The position numbers and the translations under genes were made by a program. DNA of 64,000 nucleotides from Nemertoderma westbladi (Eukaryota; Animalia; Xenacoelomorpha), in assembly GCA_032718475.1 (NCBI GenBank), contig JAUCBJ010001570.1, positions 1 through 64,000 of the forward strand, written 5' to 3'. Of the stretch, positions 48,501 through 57,650 are shown piece by piece. The number at the start of each line of letters is the position of its first letter. Position 1 is the first letter of the stretch. The notes beneath the pieces were generated by a model that worked only from the letters and a program-made list of their open reading frames with translations, was not told where the DNA came from and made no database searches.

Positions 48501-50440
48501 TGCCGACACTACCAACATCTACTTCAGTTGCTTCTAATAAACAAAGGAACATTCAACCCACTGAAAATATATCAGGAAGTGTAATAGATCGCAAAGTTGA
48601 TTTTGGGCAACTTTTTCCTGCGAAATGTAATGAATTACAAGAAGAAAACCCTCAAAAGCTAAAAGGAAATATTACAACTGAATCAGCTGGATTTGATGAA
48701 ATCCAACCTGGTGCTTATCGGAATACATTGCAGATTGAAGGTCAACAAAATGACCGCGATTTGGCTGGGGATTCCGTGACTGTAAAATTAGAAAACGTCG
48801 ATCCCAAGATTATTTATCCTTCAGTATGTTTGCCTCGATTGAAAGTCGGACCAAGAGTTCTGCATCCTTCAGTTTCTTTATCTCGGTTGTTGGCCAAGGA
48901 ATGCTCAGTGCACATGACCAAACTAAAAAGGGTTGAACAAAAATTCAGTATAAATCGATTGTCAGTCGATCGGTGTAAGAGTTACATTCTGTCACAACCC
49001 AGGTGGGGGTCAATTCTGCCACATCCAGCAGCTCATTGTTTACTATCGCAGAACGTGTACTACCCCTCTCAGGAAGTAAGACCATCCACTTTGACTGCTA
49101 ATCAGAAAAATATTGCAACTTCGAAATATAATATTCCTGAAACAAATTCTTTCACTCAACCGAATAATGCCTCATCTTCACAAATGCTGCACAAGGGCAA
49201 ATTAAGTAAACTAAAATCGTTAAGTCATTTGAAGAAAAGCCACTTTGGTTTCAGTAGATACTGTAAGTTTTATCCACAACGTGTCACAAAAGTTCCAATA
49301 AATATACCAAAACCGACATACACACTGCTTAGTGGCGCTATCCTCCCTTGGATTCATGACTGTTCCCATAAATCAACCTTCGAAACCTTCCAAAGGTTCT
49401 GGGTTCAAGGCGACCCAGTGTTAGTCAGCGGCGTAAGCAAAGGACTGAAACTCAATCTCTGGACTCCTGAAGTGTTTCTTGAAAAATTCGGTGACCAAAT
49501 TAATGACATTGTAGACTGTAAATCAGGACGGATTCTTAGGGGTCATCCTATGTCAGTTTTTTGGAAGGGGTTCGAAGACACCCGTCTGCGAATGCTGGAC
49601 TCTGATAATGAGGCGATGCTCCTGAAACTCAAAGACTGGCCTCCAGGCGACGACATCCGTGACACCTTACCGGATTATTTCGACGACCTTATGAACGGTC
49701 TACCCGTACCTCACTACTCGAGACGCGACGGATCTCTCAACCTCGCCCGCTACCTCCCGACCTTCGCCGTCCCCCCTGATCTGGGCCCCAAGATGTACAA
49801 CGCCTACGGTATGGCCAACCGCCAACTAGAAGGAACAACAAACCTTCACATCGATGTTTCAGACGCTGTTAACGTTATGGTCTATGTGGGAATGGCAAAA
49901 TATGACGAAAGCGATCCCATTAACGATGCCATTAAAGCGATGATGAAGGCTGGTGTCGATGAGTGCAGCATAGAACGCGTTAAGCGGGAGCGATTAGCCC
50001 CGGGAGCTTTATGGCATCTGTTCCACGCTGATGACGCAGAGGTGATACGTATTTACTTGAAGGAATACGCGAGACGTGTTGGATTGGACTTTCCATCGGA
50101 CGGCGATCCCATCCACGATCAAACTTTCTACATCAACGACGACATGGTCTCGGAACTGGAGTCCCCGCCCTGGGGAGTTCGCGCCTATATATTCACGCAG
50201 TTCGTCGGCGACGCTATATTCATACCTTCTGGGGCACCGCATCAGGTCCGCAACTTTAATTCCTGCATTAAATGCGCTGAGGACTTTGTGTCCCCGGAAC
50301 ACATAACGATGAGTTTGCGACAGACTCAGGAGTTTAGGCGCCTTTCTAAAGGTCACACGAACCACGAAGACATTGTTCAGATAAAGAATATGCTCTACCA
50401 TGCTATCAGAGCGTGCGTATCTACTCTCCTAGACACTTAA
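39593..50440 (+). CDS. KDM3: KDM3/JMJD1-family JmjC histone H3K9 demethylase with additional C2H2 fingers and Pro-rich repeats
   Basis: CRFEFFRKL, family zinc finger [31 protein letters not shown], JmjC [49 protein letters not shown] (H-D-H Fe ligands), HTNHED; in-frame TGA at 39584 just upstream of the ATG. Confidence 0.95.
   Translation: [3615 protein letters not shown]
40895..42240 (+). repeat. Coding 60-bp tandem repeat (~22 x 20 aa, [20 protein letters not shown])
   Basis: In-frame repeat within KDM3. Confidence 0.97.
42490..42905 (+). repeat. Coding ~39-bp (13-aa) degenerate repeat (QPRDSxxHQ)
   Basis: Recurrent CCAAGGGATTC/PRDS units within KDM3. Confidence 0.75.
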
Positions 50441-51547
50441 TGTTTACTGAATATTCAACAATTTTATGGAATTTTTTGTGATTTAAATAACTAAAACTTT
50501 TTTGATTTGTATTATCTGGATCTGGCAATAACATTTCTAGCATTTCTAGCCGTTCTAGTTATTTTTAGTATTAGCAATATTTAGTTATGGATTTTGTTCA
50601 GTAGTTATTTCAGCGCTTCAAATCAGTGCGTTTAATTTAGTCATAGGTTTTCTACACAAAGACGGGTCAGAGTAAAACGCGGATCCGGATCCGGATCCGG
50701 ATTCTACATTTAACATTGTCCCTACGGAAGTCGATTTTTTTACATTTTTATAACACCCAAAAATAAAACTATAACCTTTTCTATTGACACGGTTCTAAAG
50801 ACACGATATTGTTACATTATTGTTTAATAAGATGTTGACTTTATTTTACTTTGATGTAATAGAAATAATTCACAATAATTTCGACTTTACTAATAATATG
50901 TTTTTTAATTTTCGTAAAACTTTTTCAATTATCGTAATGCCTCACCCTTCTAGTTATCTCGAGGTGTTTTAGAGTCGCGCAAATACTTTCAGTATCAATT
51001 ACTTGGATCGTACCTATTTAGTATAAATTTGTATGGCAGTATGGCAGTAACATTATTGATTACTTTATCTCCCTTTGATTCAAATCCGTTATGTTTATTA
51101 TTGTCATTTATATTATCTGCTGGATATTATGTTAGTTGTTGTGGTTATATAATACGATTTTAAAAATGTTAACATGTTAACTTGATTATATTCACTATTA
51201 GCTGTTGGTCTTGCAAACAATACAACTAACTAAGTAAGTTTGTTAAAGCAGTTTTTACTTCAATTGTGGGTGGGTTGGGTGCCTATATAATGTGAGGTAA
51301 CAACTATATAATTTGTATTTATTTGTATGGAATTAATTTCGCACTACCAAATCGCCATGGCGACATATTTTCTAACTTTATATCGCAATGCGACATTGTT
51401 TCTCAGTATGTCCCTACGCCATACATTTATTATGTTTGTCCACATTGCCAAGTATGTCACTGCATCATTCTAAATATAATAATTATAAATCTACATGACG
51501 TCATACGAATACACACTATAATATAATTAAAACTACAAAATTTAAAT

Positions 51548-51610
51548 AAGTGAGAATCGAACCAGTGGCCTTAAAATTCATAACCCAACGTTATCCACTA
51601 CGCTAATTTG
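51548..51610 (-). other. tRNA-derived remnant (SINE head or tRNA pseudogene)
   Basis: Minus strand A-box TAGCGTAGTGG and B-box GGTTCGATTC at tRNA-like spacing; no clean cloverleaf. Confidence 0.35.
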
Positions 51611-52239
51611 GTACGAGATATCAAAAAAAAATAACCATGAATAAGTCCCCACAAATATATAAAATTAGGCTCGCCATTGTTCATAATTATAGCACTTTAG
51701 CTTTTACGGCCCTCTTTTTGTTGTTTCCCTCACCAACAAAGACAGATATCGAGCTCGCCTTTAGAAATGAAAGAAATATTTCATACTGATACTTAAAACT
51801 AGAAAGCTCTGCTTTCTTTTCTTGGGCACAAGTTTGATCAACATTTCAAATATAAATTAATTAATTAACTTAACAAAACGCCATATGAATCAGCGTTCTC
51901 GCAAACAAAAGCAGCTTTACTTGGCAAGCGACGGCAACACAATGCTTATGTTGTAGTGATACAGGGGGGAAACTCGACGCAAAACCCGCCTTGGAGAATT
52001 AATATCCCGCCTCAATGTTAAATTCTCAATTTAGGGAAAGGAGCAGGTTACAGTGGCACGTTATTTTAACCAAAACAATAAACTAAACACAATAGAACAA
52101 GTTACAGTTTTATTTTTGAGAATAATCAGCTATTATTTGCGTCGAATTTCCCCTGGAGAGGGATGAATTTTTATTGCGTCCAGTTTCCCCCCTATCTGGT
52201 TGTAGTAGGCCTACATACCTGTCTAATTCTAAGGATTAT

Positions 52240-52614
52240 AACTAGGATCGGCATGCTGCATTGCAGCTGCATTTTTAAGAATGCTGTGCCGGCTTGTCGA
52301 CAAAATTGCACAGATGCATTGTCCTTTAAGATGCGTCTCAAGGAAGTCATGGGCTGTCCACCATGCTTATTCACTCCATGAGGCTGCCAAAGTACAAGAT
52401 TATGCACTGGCTGGTCCTCACGGCGAAAGCAATGTCCTGCAAAGCGGAGGCGATTTTGTTCTAGTGTCAAGCTTGGGGGAACCAATGAGACACCTCCAAT
52501 GTTATATAATGTCTGGTTGGAGATGTGTGCATTGTACTTGACACAATGAACCCGGCGTAGCATTCTTGTGAATGGGCCATCCAGAGATTTGGTGTCCTCA
52601 GCAGTTATAGCCAT
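52240..52614 (-). mobile_element. RTE-type LINE 3' fragment
   Basis: LDGPFTRMLRRV...RLRFAGHCFRREDQPVHNLVLWQP...GGQP. Confidence 0.85.
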
Positions 52615-53586
52615 GAACCATAGAGGATAGAACTTATAGAGGATGAACCATTAGCTGTGACTTTCAAATGGGCTAATCCGTCTGCAATTCTTCAGTCTGC
52701 CACTAGAGGGCGAAACATCTGAAATTGAAAACTTTTCCCATTGTGTTTATAACGAGTTGATTGCTAAAAACTTGTTTTATTAGTTATTTCGTTTAATTTC
52801 ATTCATTTTGACGAAGTTATTGTTGAACAAAGAAAATTACATTATCTAAAATACAGTAGCGGGAAGGAACTCTCAGTATGAATTTTTTCATGAAAAAGGC
52901 GATTTTTTCATGAAAAAGGCGATTTCTTCGCTAATTTTAACTGAATTGAGTTGAAATTTGGTTCCTTTGTCCATAATAATTCTTTTGAACGATATGGCTG
53001 AAAATGCTCTGGAGCTTTTTTAAATAAAAAAAAGCCTAAACGTAGGCGTAGCCCTTTTTTTGGGCCTTTATATTCTAAAATTGTCCCAATCCATTTTCAA
53101 TGAAAGACGTTCAGAAGAATTGGATGCAGGGGTCTTCTGAACATATACTCCAAATTTCAACAAAATAGTGGTGGTGCTAATAATAATAGCCTTTTGCCAT
53201 TACGGAGCCAGTTTGAGGCCAATTTAGTAATAAAAAATATTTGGTGTGGCTATTCTTAAACAACAAGGGCGATGTCCGTAGCGCATCACAGTCGGAATAC
53301 CGGACCGCATCTGCCGCGTATCGTGTAGCGATTACCGGACCACATCAGCCACGTATCATATTGCGAAGGCCCATTAAAGGAACTTGAAGGGGCCTACTTT
53401 AAAAGATATCTCATAAAATCTCAGGTTTATAAATCAGAAAAATCTCCTCAACTCTATAATTTAATATTTGGAACGTTTTCCATAAAATTCCAGTTCCTCA
53501 CGGAGGTCTTCTTATTTTCCAGCAGCAATTGATGTAGCGTGTATGTGTATTCACGAGCAATAATATCGGTCATTGCGTATTATTAA

Positions 53587-55428
53587 CCCAAGAACACATC
53601 ATCTGTGTACATCTTATTAAACTGTACCCAAGAACACAACACATGTGTACACCTCATTACCTCATTGAACTGTACCCAATAACACATCATCTGTGTACAT
53701 CTCACTCAACTGTACCCAAGCACACATCATATGTGTACACCTCATTAAACTGTACCCAAGAACACAACACATGTGTACACCTCATTACCTCATTGAACTG
53801 TACCCAATAACACATCATCTGTGTACATCTCACTCAACTGTACCCAAGCACACATCATATGTGTTCACCTCACTAAACTGTACACAATAACACAATCTGC
53901 GTACATCTCATTAAACTGTAATAAGAACACAACATATACCTCATTAAACTGTACCCAACAATACATCATCTGTGTACATCTCATTAAACTGTACCCAAGC
54001 ACACATCACATATGAACACCTTATTAAACTGTGCCCACGCAATGAGGATGGCCACAAAGGGTGAAGATCTGGGATTCACATTTAAAGAACGCAGAATTAG
54101 TAGATTCCGGAAACTACAGTCACAGACACCTACTTTGCGGATGACATCGCCCTGCTCTCTAATACGCTAGCAGATGCACAGCTTCTACTAAATAAAGTGG
54201 AGTGGGCTGCTAAGGAGGTTGGATTGCATAAGACCGAATTCATGACTTTTAATGTTGATGGAAATTTGACAACCATTGATAATAATCAACTAAGGAAGGT
54301 CGGCGACTTCCAGTACCTTGGGTCATGGATAGAGAGTAGCAAAAAGGACATAGAAGTTAGGAAAGCAAAGGCTTGGGTAGCTCTTTCAAAAATGGATACC
54401 ATCTGGAAATCAGATCTATCCAGGCACCTGAAGACTAAGTTCTTTCGAGCCACAGTGGAAAGTGTATTTTTATACGGGGGTGAGACCTGGACACTGACTA
54501 AATCACTTGAACAACGAATTGATGGTTGCTACACAAGACTACTAAGGGCAGCCCTAAACATCAGCTGGAGACAACACATGACAAACGCCGAGCTTTATGG
54601 TACAATACCACCTGTATCAACCACCCTCCGTGAACGCAGATTAAGATTCAGTGGGCATTGCTGGCGAAGTAAAGACAAGGTCATACCAGATCTACTTTTC
54701 TGGCAACCAACTCATGGAAAGCGTAGTGGTGGACAACCAGCCATAACATATATAGATCAACTGAAAGGGATACTGAACTTGGGAGAAACGAAATTGCGAC
54801 AACTAGGGAGAATCGGGAAGCCTGGAAGGATCTCATTTCCACTGTCCGAGTTCGCTCGACCTAGTAGTAGTAGTAAGAACACAACACATGTGTACACCTC
54901 ATTAAACTGTACCCAATAACACAATCTGTGTACATCTCATTAAACTGTACCAAAGCACGCATCATATGTGTACACCTCATTAAACTGTACCCAATAACAC
55001 AATCTGTGTACACCTCATTAAACTGTAATAAGAACACAACATACACCTCATTAAACTGTACCAAGAACACAACACATGTGTACACCTCATTAAACTGTAC
55101 CCAATAACACAATCTGTGTACACCTCATTAAACTGTAATAAGAACACAACATACACCTCATTAAACTGTACCCAAGAACACATCATCTGTGTACATCTCA
55201 TTAAACTGTACCAAAGCACATATCATATGTGTACATCTCATTAAACTGTAATAAGAACACCAACATACACCTCATTAAACTGTACCCAAGAACACATCAT
55301 CTGTGTACATCTCACTCAACTGTACCCAAGCACACATCATATGTGTACACCTCATTAAACTGTACCCAAGATCACATCATGTTTACACCCCATTAAACTG
55401 TACCCAAGAAGACAACATATGTGTTCTT
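53587..55428. repeat. Complex ~33-41-bp minisatellite (core CTCATTAAACTGTACCCAA), interrupted by an RTE
   Basis: Alternating variant monomers on both sides of 54040-54874. Confidence 0.92.
54040..54874 (+). mobile_element. 5'-truncated RTE-clade LINE
   Basis: YFADDIALL (~54130), FQYLGS, LYGGETWTLT, RLRFSGHC, (TAG)n tail; frameshifts present. Confidence 0.93.
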
Positions 55429-55569
55429 AAAGTAAATTGTGCTAGAATGATGTAATAATTTTCATTCACGCGATTAATTTGAACATACTAAAGCAAAGGA
55501 GTAAAGTTTATGAACGCCATAGCTGAGTATCTCAAATAACAATCATAATTGTTTACAAACAGTGATTCA

Positions 55570-55957
55570 TACGGTGGCTGAATGTGGCCAATTTAATTAA
55601 TTTTAAAATGGGAAATATAAAAGGAAATTAATGAAATATAATTCCTTAAAACAGGAATTAATCAAATATAATTCAACCCAAAACAGGAATTAATCAAATA
55701 TAATTCAACCCAAAACAGGAATTAATCAAATATAATTCAACCCAAAACAGGAATTAATCAAATATAATTCAACCCAAAACAGGAATTAATCAAATATAAT
55801 TCAACCTAAAACAGGAATTAATCAAATATAATTCAACCCAAAACAGGAATTAATCAAATATAATTCAACCCAAAACAGGAATTAATCAAATATAATTCAA
55901 CCCAAAACAGGAATTAATCAAATATAATTCAACCCAAAACAGGAATTAATCAAATAT
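55570..55957 (+). repeat. Left TIR containing ~9.5 x 32-bp repeats (AAAACAGGAATTAATCAAATATAATTCAACCC)
   Basis: Mirror image of 59343-59730. Confidence 0.95.
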
Positions 55958-55980
55958 GTGTTGTAATTTTAAACTTTCAG

Positions 55981-57321
55981 GTGTAATTAACAATACTTAC
56001 TTCAAGGCTGCTCATATGATATCTTACATAATTATTCACCGTGGACCTTGTCCACGCTTCTTCTCACCTCTTCTGTATGCAATCATAACAGACGACAGTG
56101 ATTTGCCGATTACTATTGATGATGTCCCAGACTATGATCAACGTTCTCTAATACAATCGGTAGGATTCTCTATAATATTGAATATAATTATTTATTACTT
56201 GGGAAAAAAAGTAGAACTTTTTTCACTATTCTTGAGGTACTTTATTTACCGAGCGCGATCGAGGTTAATAAAGGGTTGAGATAATATTGAAAAAAAAGTG
56301 TCCTACATTTTTTTCCCATGTAATACGTAATTTTATTCTTAAATTGGTACTTTTTCGCTCGAATCTATGATTACCGGTACTTTTAATTCCAGATAGCGAA
56401 AGCGACACCAGAAGAGTTTGGAAATACTGTTAGTAACGCTGAAGACCTTATAGACATCGCAGGTTGCTTCAACCTAGCTACTAAGTTTGAATCAAGGGAT
56501 ACGCTAGTTACAGCCTTGATAAAGTTTATACTTTTGGATAGAATACGAGCCGCTCATGATCAGTAAGTCTGAAACAGAACACCAACTGGGACTTGTCCTA
56601 CCGCATTGTAGCCCAACAAAATAGATGAGGGGATAAATGGTTGAGGGGGGGGGGGGGGGGGGGGGGGGGTGGTGGTGGTGCGGTGTCAGTGGCTCAAATA
56701 TTTTTTGTGGACTGCATCAAGAGTACACTAATTCTACCATTCCTGGAAATTTCATTAATTTTTAACAAAAAATGTATAAAGTTTCTTGGGTCATTTAGTG
56801 TATTTCACTAATTATAGAAAATTCCGGTTCCGGCCGGAATATTCCGGCATGTTGAATTCCGGTTCCGGTTCCGGCCGGAATCAAAATATCGATTCCGGGA
56901 CATCCCTAATGTTATCATTATATAATTTATAATTATATTTTTTATAATTAATATATATAATATATAATATAATATAATTTATAATTATTACATATATATT
57001 GAGGGCGTATTTATTATAATTAACTATATATTTTTTTATTTAGAAAAGATAACGATTCCCGAATCAGCTGATATAATTGGACTCAGTGATGTCCTCACGT
57101 TTGTAACAGGAGCTGACGAGATCCCACCGCTGGGATTCGATCCCACGCCATCAGTTACTTTCCTTCACCCAGAGGAACAGGATAACCCGTTTACTGTTGG
57201 ACTACCGCATGCAAATACCTGTTCAAATACTATTAGTTTACCCATACTTACAAGTTATGAACTATTTAAAAATAGAATGTCTCACACTTTATCTATGGTG
57301 ACAACATTTACAACGCAGTAA
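55981..57321 (+). pseudogene. HECT E3 ubiquitin ligase (G2E3-like) cargo gene remnant; exons 55981-56159, 56393-56562, 57044-57321
   Basis: AG/GT-bounded exons translate as YFKAAHMISYIIIHRGPCPRFFSPLLY...DDVPD | ...LIDIAGC...LLDRIRAAHDQ | DVLTFVTGADEIPPLGFDPTP...LPHANTCSNTISLP...YELFK* (C-lobe with catalytic Cys). 5' exons and one middle exon are missing. Confidence 0.8.
56820..56908. mobile_element. Solo end of a hAT-like element inside the HECT intron
   Basis: Repeated TTCCGG/CCGGAA subterminal motifs ending in CATCCCTA (reverse complement of a TAGGGATG terminus); partner end not found. Confidence 0.5.
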
Positions 57322-57650
57322 AAAATCAAGTTTTAAAACTCAAGTAAAAACTCAAGCTATAATACTTTTTAATACGTTTTAGGTTTACGTTTTAGTCAAG
57401 TTTTTACATTTAGCTAATTGTTGATACTTTTGTAAATAAGTAATGATAAGACCATGCAATAAATAATAATGCAGCTTTCATTTCATTTCATTTGGTATAA
57501 TCTATAGTTAACATGTTTGAATGATTGTATATAACAAATAATATGAACTTATCATTGATATTTGTATATTTGAGGGCGGTTCCATAACATAACAGGAATC
57601 TTAGATAATCTGGTTATAATAGTTAATTATAACCTTCAGGCTACAGCTGT

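Noticed and set aside
50663-50704. (GGATCC)n run resembling a transposon end or BamHI linker
   Set aside because: No partner end or vector context found.
55648-55957. CRISPR-like array beside a transposase
   Set aside because: No spacers; it is mirrored at the other end and forms part of the TIR.
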